Shown: positions 30,444-44,179, counted from the stretch's first letter. The stretch is DNA of 64,000 nucleotides from Octopus vulgaris (GCA_951406725.2 OX597833.1:26908001-26972000); one strand, 5' to 3'. Made by a program: numbers and translations. Notes: a model not told the origin generated them from the sequence alone.

Positions 30444-30591
30444 TGTAGTTATTATCAGGATAAACACAGACGGATATATTTCGATATTGACTGTATGGAT
30501 AGATGCAGGGAGACATATTTACTAGCTATTCGGACATTACACCTTTTTTATTTTTACTACTGTCTGCAGATAGTCATTGAACTGTATGTGC

Positions 30592-30627
<36 letters not shown>

Positions 30628-30646
30628 GGGACCCGTATATATATAT

Positions 30647-31454
30647 AAACGGGACGCCGCTTGGCTGACCGGTTCGCGGAACACCTTCGTGACATCCACC
30701 TTGCGAACGACACACCGGTCTCACGCCATTTCCGCTCCACCGGTCACTCCTTGCAACACCTATCTGTGTTCGGTTTGTCCTTACACAGAGGCCATCCGGA
30801 TTCCCGTTTGCGCCGTGAACAGGAATTAATCTTCTCTCTTCGCTCTTATACGCCATTTGGTCTCAACTCTCCCCCCTCCTCATCTAACCCCCTCTCCCCC
30901 TCCTCACCTATCCTTTCTCCCCCCGACCCCTACTTCTTCAGTCCTTCATCCTTTCACCCCTACTCCCCTTCCCTTCTTCCCTCTTCCCTCTTCCCCTTCC
31001 CTCTGCTCCCTCACTCCCTCTCTCCCCTTCTCTCTCCCCCTCTCCCTCTTTCCTCCTTCATCCCCCTCATCCCCTTCCTTCTCCCCCATCCTCTCCTCTC
31101 CCCCCTTCTCCTCCCCCTCTTCTTCCCCTCCCCTTCTCCCCCCTCTTCTCCCCCTCCCCCTCTTCTCCTCACTACACCACATGACTTTACACATCACATC
31201 ACATATGATGTGCCATACTAATACACACACCAACTAATACATACTAATACGTACTAATACATACTAGTACATACTAATACTTACACCAACCCTATACATA
31301 CACACGTCCAGACCCGCATACGCACTTATATACTCTCTCACACACACACACAGACACCTATACATACCAATACGAACTAATACATACTAATACATACTAA
31401 TACATACACCAACCCCATACATACGCACGTCCAGACCAATCTTACGCACTAATA

Positions 31455-31491
<37 letters not shown>

Positions 31492-31860
31492 ATACATACT
31501 AATACATACACCAACCCTATACATACACACATCCAGACCCCTCCCACGCACTTTTAGCTGGTCCCTCAACCCTTTTATCAACCCTATTATCTCCCCTTAT
31601 TTCGCTCTCGCGTCTCATGTTTGATCTTTGACCTCTGGCCGAAATCAGATCGCCATGTTGATTCGTTAGCTACTGCACGCATTTTTTTCTCTCCTTCTTT
31701 CTGTGTTTTTCTCTCTCTGTGTATCTTTCTGTTGAAGAGCGTAGGCTCGAAACGTTAAAGACTTGTTTTATTTATATTTCCTGAGCGCCATACTAATACA
31801 ATTGTTCGTTTGTTTTCCACCTGCCTTCGTCTTTTGTTTATTTTCATAAAGCCTCCCGTT
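30647..31860 (+). mobile_element. 5'-truncated Penelope-like retroelement (family 1): GIY-YIG C-terminus, CT/CA-rich spacer, pLTR with hammerhead
   Basis: Frame from 30649 reads TGRRLADRFAEHLRDIHLANDTPVSRHFRSTGHSLQHLSVFGL...RLRREQELIFSLRSYTPFGLN, a typical PLE endonuclease end; hammerhead at 31724-31761; (TA)n on both sides. Confidence 0.88.
31724..31761 (+). ncRNA. Minimal hammerhead, A6U variant
   Basis: TCTTT-CTGTTGA-A-GAGC(GTAG)GCTC-GAAA-CG-TT-AAAGA. Confidence 0.62.
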
Positions 31861-31870
31861 ATATATATAT

Positions 31871-31942
<72 letters not shown>

Positions 31943-32095
31943 CTGTGTGTGTGTGTGTTTCTTTATTCTATTATACTTTTACATGTTTCAGCCCTAAAGC
32001 TGCGGCCATGATGACGTATGTGTGTGTGTTTGGACTGTGTGATCAGACATAGTAATTACATGGTAATGTGATAAGCAGATACCGTGTGCAGCTTT

Positions 32096-32139
<44 letters not shown>

Positions 32140-33408
32140 GATATATTGTAGAGATATGGTGACTAGATAAACGAAAAGGCCATGTAGGTAGCTACTGAAT
32201 AGATGCGGTGTGTACATGGTGACCAGAAATTCAGACGATGAAGACAGGATACTTACTGATAACAGAATGAAGATGCTGCCAATAGAAATAGATATATGTT
32301 GTGTAGATTGTGTAAATATTTGGGCTGAAAAAATGCACGTATAAACAAAGTGTGTATATGTTAAGTGGATAAACGCACTTTAGATTTGAACTTTTTAAGT
32401 AGGCAGGGTTTGTAGACTGCGAATGCCTATAGAGTGGCATTGTGTTAAGAATTACAGTGCCTACGTGACCATTAACTGCATCTACATTTACGGTATTTGG
32501 ATATCAACAGTACAGATATACAGAGTAGAGATAGTAACAGGATAGACAGATAGGTATAGGTTATAGCGATAAAAACAGCAGGATAGAGGCTTTTGTGTGT
32601 GTATATGTGTGTGCGTACAGATGGGGAGTGGAGAGAGACAGGGAGAGAAAGAGAAAGACAGAGAGAGAGAGAGAGATTTCAGAAACAGGTTCAATTAAAA
32701 AGCGAATATACATCTAGACAAATTGAAGTGAGAAAATATAGAGACAGCCATAACAGAAATGCATAAATAAAACGCATAATGAAATATCGATTATTGTTAT
32801 TATATACTGTATCAGACAAATGTATAATTCTGTTACATCGGTCTGAACCTGTACACAAATGATTTATAAAACTACCTTCAACAAATCTTTTAATTCGCTA
32901 TTGGCATGTTCTCAACTTAGCCATGAATTATTACGTTGTTGCATGTGAATCTAGAAACAGCACACAAGCAGTTGCAAGGGGACTATCGAAAATTTCAAAG
33001 CTGATGAATTCTATTCGAGGTCAAACACTTTCAGTGTTAATTACAAAATCGCCTTTGCCCTAAGTAGTTATTGCTCCCACAGCCAGTAGTGGTCTCAGAG
33101 AGCCATTTGACTGAATACTACAGAATAAAGAAAAGAATAGGAATATTTACAAAGAATAAATGAAATCTAGAATGCAGAATGTGAAAAAGCACAATGCCAG
33201 CAATTTTGACTGAAGAGGAAAGATGATTACATCGAATTCAGTGGTCAACTGGTACCTATCTTATCGATCCTTAAAGTCGACCCGAGCGGAATTTGACACT
33301 AAAACATACTGCTTAGAGAAATGTCGCTAAGCATTTTGTCCAATGCGCCAACGACCATGCCAGTTTGCCAGTCATTTAATAATGATAACAATAATAACCA
33401 AAAATAAC

Positions 33409-33740
33409 CATGGCTCAGTGGTTAGAGCATCGAACTTACGATTGTGATGTTGTGAGCTCGAATCCTGGACCGGGCTGCGTGTTGTGTTCTTGAGCAAGAC
33501 ACTTTATTTCACATTACTCCAGTTCACTCAGCTATAGAAATTAGTTGCGACGTCACAAGGTGCCAAGCTGTATAGGCCGTTGCCTTTCCCTTGGATAACA
33601 TTGGTGGCGTGGAGAGGGGAGGCGGGTACGCATGGGCGACTGCTGGTCTTCCATAAACAACCTTTCCCGGACTTGTGCTTGGGAGAGTAACTTTCTAGGG
33701 GCAATCCCATGGTCTGTGTCGTGACCGAAGGGGGTCTCAG
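33409..33740 (+). mobile_element. tRNA-derived SINE family C
   Basis: tggctcagtggttagagc A-box, gagctcgaatcc B-box, ttgtgttcttgagcaagacacttta core; homologous to 58903-59222. Confidence 0.85.
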
Positions 33741-34409
33741 AATAACCAAACAGAGTATGCAGGTAGTTTTGTCATTTGATCGTGAATATCGGATCATCCC
33801 GTACATAATGCGGTTTTTTTATACTTTTTTTATCTTTCAAAACTAAGATAAACAAAGTTCTTTTTTAATCTAAGGTATGCTGTCTTTCATTTTCTACAAT
33901 GCTCTTCCGTCTATATATACATATATACACACGTAAACACACACATAAAGGCACACACTATATATATACATTATTAAAATGCTAAGGGAACAGAGATTTT
34001 TCACGTCCATAATTTTATTTAACAGTTATTCACAGCATGTTTAATAGACCTTCGCCATTTTCAATTGCATCGACAGCACACTATTGGTTATGTAAACTAG
34101 CATCATGATCGGTGCAGTTTGATTTGGGTCCTTACCCTCGCCATTTCGAAGTAAAACTGAAAGAATCAACAAACTGAATGAATAAAGGGTTTTGTGGGAG
34201 GTATGGGTGCCCCTATTGATAGTTGAAGGAATTTTGATCTTTCAGACGAGACCCATCAAGTTGCTAATTAATAAAATCGATATATTCTCTTTTAGATAAA
34301 GATAACGAATTTGGGAACCGCTGTAGATAACAAATCTCAACCATGTCAATATTACCGATCTCAGAAGCCCTGCAAAATCCATGCGTACAGTCGTTTCCTT
34401 CTCCATGCC

Positions 34410-35592
34410 CAATCAATATATATAAAAACTTACATCTCTTTATGATATTTACCGGTTGGTTATTTCTAGAAAATGAATGCTTTAAGCGAAGCTAATCTTT
34501 TTGTCTGTCTGTCTGTGTGTTTCCCTAAAGCTTGAGAACTACACAACCAATTTCATTCAAATTTTACACATGCCTTACTTAGGGTCCGGGGAGTATCATC
34601 GGCAAAAGATTTTTTAACGCTTTGCCTAGGGTGAGCCCACAGTAATATCATATCTTCTCCACAATGATTCCCTAAAACTTGAGAAATACACAACCAATTT
34701 CATTCACATTTTACACATGCCTTACTTAGGGTCCATGTAGATTCATGGGGAAAGAAATGTTCAACTCTTGCCTAGCGCGAGCCCATAGCAATATCATATC
34801 TTCTCCACTATTTCAGTATTACGTGTTAAAAGTGAAACAAAAACATCTCTCTTTTTTATATCAGATACTTTCACTTTAACAATAAAAATTAGAGATAATA
34901 ATAACAATTGAATTACATATAGCAAGTAATAATTAAAATCAAACTAAAGTATAATATAATAATTAAATCGTAACATAACAATTAAAAGTAAAAATAGCAA
35001 TTGGAATAAAATTGCATCAATGACTTGAACTTGAATAAGTGGTTTCACATGGATGGGAATAAATTAAATATAAAATAAAAGTGCAGAAATGGAATAGTCC
35101 AGATGGAGCTGTGCACATACCCTTTACCACGGCTTTTACATTAGATTATCTGCTAATTAGCTAGCATCAAGTATCTATATGAAGTTTGGCTGTATGTAAT
35201 GTCTGTTTTCTCGAACAGCCGCTTCTACTGAGTACTGCAGTTGGTTTATTTCTTATCCATAAAGGACTATAACTTTAACTGAGTACTGCTTTTTGATTCA
35301 CCGTAAGTTTTGTTGTTATTATTATTACTATTTAGCTATTGTTATCACGTTTGTTGGTTCCTCGTAAGGGAAGCGTTGTTGTGTTTGCATTTGTTAAATA
35401 ATTGTAAACCGTAGCCCTTCCTCCTTGGGAGATGGAGCTTTGGTTATTGTTTAAAAATTGAATTGTGTCTCTGTTTGGGGAAATTGACAATATTTTCACC
35501 GTTTATACGGAAGAATTTTTGTTAAAATTTCTTCGATAGAAGAAAGTCCAAAAATGAATTTCGCTGCAGACGTCAGCGGGCGCGAACTTATT
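34410..35592 (+). mobile_element. Non-autonomous Helitron-like element with an internal ~150-bp duplication
   Basis: TC(A)ATATATATAAAA-like start; (TGTC)n then gagaactacacaaccaatttcattcaaattttacacatg twice (~34521 and ~34670); candidate 3' hairpin cgctg-cagacgt-cagcg at 35562-35578; homologous to ~55850-56145 (-). Boundaries uncertain. Confidence 0.5.
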
Positions 35593-36379
35593 AAATTTAA
35601 AAAGTACAAACCTATTTCGGATTTATCACCGACAAAGACGGTGAATCTAGGATAACACCACTAAACGAAATAAAAAATTAAATTAAAAAAAAGACTATTG
35701 TCTATAAAGTATACAATGTAGAGAAAAAAAGAAGTTTCGGTCAGCTAACCCGTCGTCCAACTATAATACGTTAAAGACAAATTACAAGAAGGATATGTCG
35801 TTTTTTTCGTTTTCTTTCTTGGATTCATTCTAAAAAACAGAAATATTTATGGTGTCAACCGTACAACCACTGGTAATTGATAAACTACATCTTCACATTC
35901 GATTTGGCAAAGTTATTCGACTGGATAGCTTTATTTTACTTTGAAAATGAATCATGATCGAGTAATCATAACCCTAACGCACGATAACATAAAACAATGT
36001 ATGCAAACTTACATTAGATTACGAAGATGATTAATTTCTCTGTAACAGTAAATCGTCTGAGACCAATTGAAGTTGATGAAATTGCACGTGCGTACAAGAC
36101 CACTTGCAAGAAGGAGAGTCTTCTTAATCAAGTTGCACTGTGAGTAAATAGTGTTTTAAAGCAGCATCCATTATCAGAGACCACTCACTTGAGACCAAAA
36201 TTGCCAGCATAACGGCCGATACAGTGCGCTGTATACGCATGCGTGCACCCGCGAATGTGACTTTACCGTACATGTCTAGACAGGTATTGCCAAGCTACCG
36301 GCATTGTATATTCTAAGGCAATGCACATGAGAATTGCGTATGCATACAAATAACCACTACGATTATTTTTTGGTGTAAA

Positions 36380-36485
36380 AAATTTCTAAAATTGTTGGCG
36401 ATGTGCCACTCTATTGCAGAAAAAAATTTCGATGCCTTCGCAGTCCCCGAAAATCGCTTCGCGGACCCCAGGTTGAGAACCACTG
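36380..36485. mobile_element. Right end of a hAT-type MITE
   Basis: Ends cgcggaccccaggttgagaaccactg; matching left end not found. Confidence 0.5.
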
Positions 36486-37674
36486 GGTATGTGGCTTTGA
36501 TTGCAGTGATAATTAGGTTGCAAGGTGGATTGTGATAGAGAGGAGTTTTGGAGAAATTTATATTGATTAAATTTGGGGTTATGTTATTGTTTAGTATACT
36601 CGTATAACTTTGTTTAAATGTGTCCGCTTCAGGTTATGTGATTTTCTTTTTATTTTAATTCACAAAAAAGGATATACGTAGGTAGAGGAAATTTTGTGAT
36701 GAGCCGATTAATTCCAGTAAAAATAAACAGCTGAAACTACTGGCGCTGATCAAAAATTTTCCTGTGTCTCCTTACATTATTTTGTGGCACACTAAATTAC
36801 CTATATGAGAGTATCTCTCAAGTCTGATAACGCAGTATTTGGTATTCTAACAATACATCCACGTTAAGTTGGATATGCAGATTACCTCTTGGAAGTAATA
36901 TTGCTTCCGTAGTTAATAATTATTTTTTGATAAGCCTGCTGGCTATTTGCAATATCCATGTCTTTAAAAATGCTGATTTTCTATGTATCGTAGCAGCGGG
37001 ATTTGACTGGCATGCAATCACCGGACGCTTCCCACTGATGATTTCCTGTAGAATGAAATCACGTGATATGGGGTTTCTGTCGCCCATGACAAACGATTCT
37101 CATCTGCTTTCATGCACCAAGCGCCTACATGAGCGGACCTCTCAAGGCTAATAATGCAGTGTTCTAGCAAGACACCTATGCTAAGTTGGATATAAAGATT
37201 GCCTTTTGATATGAATATCGTTTCTCTCGCTAATAATTAATTTTTAATATCAGGAAAAGCTAACTCTTTTATCTTTTTGTGCCATTCTTCTGGTAAAAAT
37301 AAATATTAAACTATTTGATAGAATTCTGTATATGTTTTCTTGTATGAGGCTTTTCCTTGACCTGGACTTCTTCAGCTGTGCCCTTTGTGATTGAGGATTC
37401 GTATCTTTACCTCCCAAAGTAGGGACCTAATTTGAATGTTGCTGCTCACAATTCAAATCGAACTGGAGTCCGTTTACTTTACATTCTACTTTTTAGCACT
37501 GTTATAACATTATCAAGTATTAACATTGATTATGAAGTTCGCTTTACACCACCATGGTTTCCAGTTGCGACACATTATGCAACATCTTCAACAAGTGTCT
37601 TTTAGAATTGACTTGCACTGGTAAATTCTTTATGAATGAAATTTGTAGGAAGAAACTGTGCAGGATCTCATCGG

Positions 37675-37705
<31 letters not shown>

Positions 37706-37945
37706 TGTATGTATGTATGTATGTATGTATATAACCTGAACATCGTAAATCGGCAAAATTAGTACACGCCTTGAAAATAAGTCCTGGGATCAACATGATC
37801 GACTATAATCCCCACCAGTATAGCCGCAGTTCCTGACAATATACATACATTCATATATATATATATATATATATACATACATACATACACGCATACATAC
37901 ATACATACATAAATACATACATACATACATACATACATACATACA

Positions 37946-37979
<34 letters not shown>

Positions 37980-38024
37980 CATACATACATACATACATAT
38001 ATATGTATGTATTAGGCAAACACT

Positions 38025-38172
38025 ATGCAAATATTCTTTTAAAAAACTTTTCTTTTAATTTTTCCAAAATATAATTGTTTTCCATACTTACAGCTGAAAA
38101 AGTCTTAATGATTGAAACCGGTACTGAAATGTTTTTTAGAAAAATATTTTAACATTTTCTCTCTTGACTTTT

Positions 38173-38175
<3 letters not shown>
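38025..38175 (+). mobile_element. Family 3 hammerhead-bearing tail (decayed hammerhead at 38091-38126)
   Basis: Homologous to 55355-55505; CAG-CTGAAAA-AGTCT(TAA)TGATT-GAAA-CCGG-TA-CTG; ends at CT/TA tract. Confidence 0.7.
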
Positions 38176-38226
<51 letters not shown>

Positions 38227-38274
38227 TAAATATATATATATACACATATATATATATATATAATATTAATTAGA

Positions 38275-38416
<142 letters not shown>

Positions 38417-39531
38417 TGTATGTATGTGTGTATACACACACGAACAAACTCTCCTTCTGCTGGTTGTTTTTAAATGTGTATTGCATCTGCAGCTGATCGC
38501 CCAATCATTTCAGCTAACAAACTCTGGCAATGTAATCTGGGTCATCACTGAAAGTTATTGAAAAAGAAATACGTGACCGACCAAAATAAATATCCATTTT
38601 GTATCATTTCAATTCAGTCTTCCTTATCAATTTTATCCAATAATTAAAAAAAAAAGGAAGAAAAAAGATAGAATTTTTCGTTAAGAATATTCTTTCCATA
38701 TTTTCTTTTATTATAGTAAGTTATTTTTGACGTTCCTATCAAAGTAAAATATACTTTAAAAAAACATATAACATATAATAATCAAGCCTTTTTTCATTAC
38801 GTTTTATCTATTTACTTTCAGCTATATTTCAAAAGAACTTATTCCAAAGTTGGATATCTCATATAAGTTTAATTGGGTTTAAATTAGACATACGTTGTTG
38901 GTCCATGTGCTATTCACTTGTTTATTTATTGATTTATTTATTTACTTATTTATTGTTATTGACTATATATGGGGGTAAAATTAAAATGGAATAAATTGAT
39001 GCAATGTAGGGGGAAAAAGTAGAACGTTTCGGTTTCAGGCTTCTCTTTATTTTCTAAACTTTATTGAACTACTTCTTTCATATTCATATATCAATGGCTT
39101 TAATACCTTTAATTCAGATTTTCATTTTTCTCACTCGATCAGTGTGATATAATGTGTACACAAATATCTGAAGAGTGAATAAACACCGTCGTTGTTTAAA
39201 GATTTATTTTTGGAAGCAAAATGAAGTCATTTGGTACATTTAAGTCGATCACACAGATAAAGGAGTATAAAGCAGAATCAGTATTTACTTTTGACATGTC
39301 TGTGTACATAGCAAATATATTAGGCTTTAAAAAATCCCCATTGATACTTGTACCTTTTGAAAAATATAATTCAAGAATATTGATATGCACAATTACGAGT
39401 AATACAAGAAATAGGATCGATATATTAATTACCAGTGAAACACTGAAGTCGACGTAATCGACTAGTCCAATCCCACCAAAATTTCAAGCCTTGTTCTTCT
39501 AGTAGAAAGGATTATTATTATTATTATTATT

Positions 39532-40088
39532 GAGTGAGAGAACAGTGCATGCCATCAAAGTTACACTGGGGTAAAATATACGAAGCCCAGTATACCCATC
39601 ATAACTACCCGTCTTATGAGGGTACACTAGGCACATGCATCACAACCATATGTGCGCTACATGGTGATCTCATATAAAGATAAACAGCACATGACCTTGC
39701 AGGTGGGGCCAAGTTAGAATTTTCTTCTGGTCGAGTAACCCATCCCGCTCAAAAGTTACCTGGATAAGGGTTGTTTAAGGATGTTGAACGAACCACCCAT
39801 GTTTCCAGAGGTGAATTATCCAAACCTCCAAGAATTCCTTTCAACACATGGCTATGATGCTCCCCCACTAATTCTGCTCGTGGTCAGAGATGCACATATC
39901 GTCAGCCACTAAGGGACATGCTCAACTGATTAAGGTCAAACAACTGGCGAGCAAATCTGTGGTATTGAGCAGAATATTTGCTGTAACCCATCTTTTATAC
40001 CAAGACAAAACAATGTACATGATAACACTTCCAATCAGTTAAGCTCAGAAGCCATGAGAGCCACTGTCTGGTATTGTATTAGGGCATT
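39532..40088 (-). mobile_element. ~560-bp non-coding interspersed element inserted in (ATT)n
   Basis: Bounded on both sides by ATT repeats; partial second copy at 22309-22432 is also next to (AAT)n. Orientation inferred. Confidence 0.7.
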
Positions 40089-40098
40089 TATTTATTAC

Positions 40099-40171
<73 letters not shown>

Positions 40172-40184
40172 AAATGCCTTAAAA

Positions 40185-40690
40185 TGCGGTGAGCTGGCAG
40201 AATCGTTACCAACTCGGACGCAATCCTCAGCAGCACTGAGTTCGACTTTGCCTTGTATCTTTTCGGAATCGATAAAGTAAGGACCGGTTCAACACCGGCT
40301 TTGATGTAATCGCCTATCTCCGTTCCCTAAAATTTCAGGTTTTGTGCCTATTATAGAGAAAGGATTATTAAATGCCTTACGACATTTCTCCCGATCCTAT
40401 ATGCGGTTAAATAAAATCTCATGCTTTCCTTCTACTGCCGTTCTGGTGAAGTTATAAACCATTAGTAACAATGAGCATTAAGGTGGCGTGCTGGCAGTAT
40501 CGTTAGTAGGGTGAAGTGCTTAGCGGCATTTCGTCCGATTTTACGTTTTGAGTTCAAATTCCGCCGAGGTCGACTTTGCCTTTCATATTTCGGGGTCAAT
40601 AAAATAAGTATCAGTTGAACACTGGGCTCGATATAACTGCCCCCGTCTCCAAAATTGCTGGCCTTGTGTCAAAATTTGAAATCATTATTA
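40185..40690 (+). mobile_element. Two family B SINEs
   Basis: Heads gcggtgagctggcagaatcgtta (40186) and ggtggcgtgctggcagtatcgttag (40481). Confidence 0.8.
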
Positions 40691-40843
40691 ATAGGGATTA
40701 CTTCTTTCAAATTTTCAGCGACACAACCTTCTAAGAACAATCTGTTTTGAGAAGCCAGTATCCGGGGAACTTCAAAATAAGGAGTTACAATTGATAATAA
40801 ATATGTGTGTGCATATATGTACACTCATATAAGTGTGAGCGTG

Positions 40844-40922
<79 letters not shown>

Positions 40923-41447
40923 TTATATATATATATACATATATATACACACATATATATACACATATATATATATGTATGTGCGTGCATGTATTTATTG
41001 TGCTTGTCTGCATGTGAGTATACATAAATACGATAAATACGTTCATACATACGTGCACACATGCATAGGTGCACAAAAAACACATCTAACTGCAACAACC
41101 TCTCTAATGAATCTTTTGAAAGTTTCTTTAAAATTTCTATTAAGAACAGATAACTTCTTAAGTTAACAAAGAACATGCCGAAAGCCATGCCCGTCCCTAC
41201 CACCGATGACACAATTAAACACACGTAAACCTCTCACCTTCTATTATTATTTTTTTTTTTCTATTTGATGTTGGCTTAGTTCCTTGCGATCGATTCTTTA
41301 ATTAGATCCCAGAACCTATTGATAAGAAATATAGTAATTGAATTTTTCATGTTTTATTTCCTTTATATATTTTTTCTTTTGTTCGTAAATATTTTGCTAA
41401 ATTTCACACGGACATACATATACACGGTCTCATATATATTAAGGTAC

Positions 41448-41478
<31 letters not shown>

Positions 41479-42285
41479 TGTATGTATGTATGTATGTATG
41501 TATGTATGTATGTATGTATGTATGTATGAATGTGTGTGTGTATGTATGTGTGTATGTGTGTATGTATGTATGTAAGTATGTGCGTGTGTATGTATGTATA
41601 TATACATGCATGTCTATACATATATACGTACATGAATAAGTATATTATGTATATGCATGTGTATATATATGTGCGTATATATGTGTATACGTATGTTTTT
41701 GTATAGTATACATGTGTATACACGCATGTATATGTGTGTATATGTGTATATGTTTTTTTTTCTATTTTAGGTGGTCGTTGTGATGATGATGGTCTACAAA
41801 GGATTAAAATTAAAACCAATTTTCTGATCTTTGAATCGCATCAAATTAAATTTAATGAGGAAATGAATATGAAGCGGTGGTGGAGATGCTCGTGTGTGAA
41901 AAAAAACTCATAATGATTATGATAAGGACGAAGGAGAGGAGATGGAGTAGGAGAAGTGGTAGGAGGACGTGTTGGTGTTAGCGTGATATTGCTGAAACGG
42001 TAATGGTGGTTATATTTGGCAGTGTGCTAATGTAGTAGTGAGAGTGTAATAGTAGTCGTATTATGATAGTGACTATCGGATATTACTGGAGATAGTGGCG
42101 ATAGAGGTAGTTGTGTAACATTGGTAATAGTGTTGAAAGTGGACAGCAATACTAGAATGCATCATTGCAGTCACCTGTATAACGGATCCGTTGCATTTCT
42201 GAAGCTTTTTGTGCAATAAGTGGAATACCGTAATGCGAACCCTATTTTCCACTAATTTTCACGTTACATGCAAACCAACGAACAG

Positions 42286-42402
42286 GCATCGGATACAGGC
42301 ATCCAGCAACAGGACCTCCGTAATGCATTAATGGACCGTGAAGTCTGGCGTGCCATAATAAATTCCATTGTCTCGACCACGGTCGAACAATGATGATGAA
42401 TG
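42286..42402 (+). mobile_element. RTE-clade LINE 3' end
   Basis: Translates DTGIQQQDLRNALMDREVWRAIINSIVSTTVEQ*, followed by a (TGA)n tail; DR..WR is typical of the RTE C-terminus. Confidence 0.7.
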
Positions 42403-42795
42403 AACATGGAATTGAATGGGTAAATACGTTTGGTGGTACCGAATTCCACTTGACAACAAAATTTCCAGAAAGATGCCAATTCCGTAACGCCATTATGGAG
42501 ATTTCTGCTTCCCATCGTCAGCATTTTTTTTTTTTAAGTTCACAAATTTTTAGGGCTACTTTACTTGATTTTAAAAACTTTAGTACAGAAAACGGAAATA
42601 AAAGTCAGATTTAATCTCTGCAATAATTTGAATTCCGAACCTAAATCAAAACATACTGTTGTCGTTATAACGAACCCTCATTTGCAGTGAGAAGAGTAGT
42701 GGATTGGCGGAATCCATGCCACCACCCTCCGTGTCGCCAATGCAAACGATGCAATATCACAACTGGTAATATATTTTATCGAACTCACTAAGAAT

Positions 42796-42895
42796 NNNNN
42801 NNNNNNNNNNNNNNNNNNNNNNNNNNNNNNNNNNNNNNNNNNNNNNNNNNNNNNNNNNNNNNNNNNNNNNNNNNNNNNNNNNNNNNNNNNNNNNN
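42796..42895. other. Assembly gap (100 N)
   Basis: Read directly. Confidence 1.
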
Positions 42896-42977
42896 TAACT
42901 ACATATGAAGTATCACTACAAAAATATAGATACCCATTTTACCAACTGGAATGAGACCATTGATAAACTACTAAATA

Positions 42978-44030
42978 CAGGCTGAGTAAAAAGTAAGCAG
43001 CGTTTGAACCATGAAATTCATAACAATATATTTCAACAATGCGAAAATTCTATTCATCAAAACTTATTTTGATGAATAGAATTTTCGCATTACAATCATT
43101 ACAATCAACACATTTTTGCCAACGAGTTACATGTTTGTTTATTTCGGTAAGATAAAATCTGAAGGTCTGGAGCTGATGAACTCTTTGAACGCTCTTTCAG
43201 CATTGGTTTGAACTGCATCTCTCGCAGGAAACTGTCACAGTGCTTGAAAGAGTAATAGTCGGTAGGAGAAAGGTCTGGGGAATAACCTGGCAGGAGAAGA
43301 ACTTCGTAGCCAAGTTCCATCAATTTCTGAAGCTTCATTAGTGAACCGAGTGGTCGAGCATTGTCATGAAGTATGATATGATTAGTTCTCTTCTGTCGAC
43401 CAGTCTTAGATGGAGGAGTAGCAGTTCGTTCATTTTGGCCATTTAATGGCAATGTTTCTGCAGTAATGGTTCTTCCGGGTTTTAAGAAGTTATAGTGAAT
43501 GAGTCCTGCAGCATACCACCAAACAGTCACCAAAACCTTCCTTTTGAAGAGCTCGCATTCAGGGAAGGATTTTGGTGCTTCATTTTGGTCCAACCATTGC
43601 GAAGAACGATTTTTATTATTGTACATAATCCACTTTTCATCGCAAGTTACAATACGATCGAGAAATGGATCGGTCTGGTTAAGGAGAAGCGACGAGTAAA
43701 TTTCATTCAAATCGTGTGATACCCATTTGTCGAGCATTTTTGATTTTTCCATCGCATGCAAATTGCTGCAGGCAGTTTTCTGGCTAACTTGAAGTTCTTT
43801 TGCCAGTTCTCGGGTGGTTTACGTGAATATTTCTCATTGAGAGTCTTTAATTGACCGTCATCGATGACGTTTAAAGGATTTTCGAACTGACTACTTACTG
43901 GTCTTTTCCTCAACAAACGTTTCGCTGATATCGCGAGCAGTTTCAGTTGCTTTACGTCCTTTATTGAAAGTAAAGTTGCTCGAATATCGCGTTTTGACTT
44001 TTTCATTTTAGATTATTGTAACGATGGTGA
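42978..44030 (-). pseudogene. Mariner (Hsmar1/cecropia-like) transposase pseudogene with one TIR
   Basis: WVSHDL, PFLDRIVTCDEKWIMYNN, KVLVTVWWYAAGLIHYNFLKPG, ILHDNARP, YSPDLSPTDYY motifs with frameshifts; TA plus TIR caggctgagtaaaaagtaagc at 42976. Confidence 0.95.
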
Positions 44031-44179
44031 ACAAAATATCATTGTTAATCTATTGATACAATTGAGAAAGTCTATGTCTGTATTATCAGACAATTGCAAA
44101 AAAAACTGTTTAAAAAATTCAAAACTCTGCAAAAACCTGGTACAAATTCTTCATGGTTCAAAACGTTGCTTGCTTTTTA

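Noticed and set aside
30868-31237. Pro/Ser/Leu-rich extension of the 186-aa ORF
   Set aside because: CT-rich low-complexity spacer of the PLE; only the part up to GLN is homologous to protein.
33409-33480. tRNA genes at SINE heads (also 58903, ~49220-49290, 56550)
   Set aside because: A/B boxes are present but they continue into SINE bodies with no complete cloverleaf.
39221-39457. 78-aa ORF with IANILGF, vaguely like a Polinton penton
   Set aside because: Too short, its 3' part is a SINE fragment, and there is no other supporting motif.
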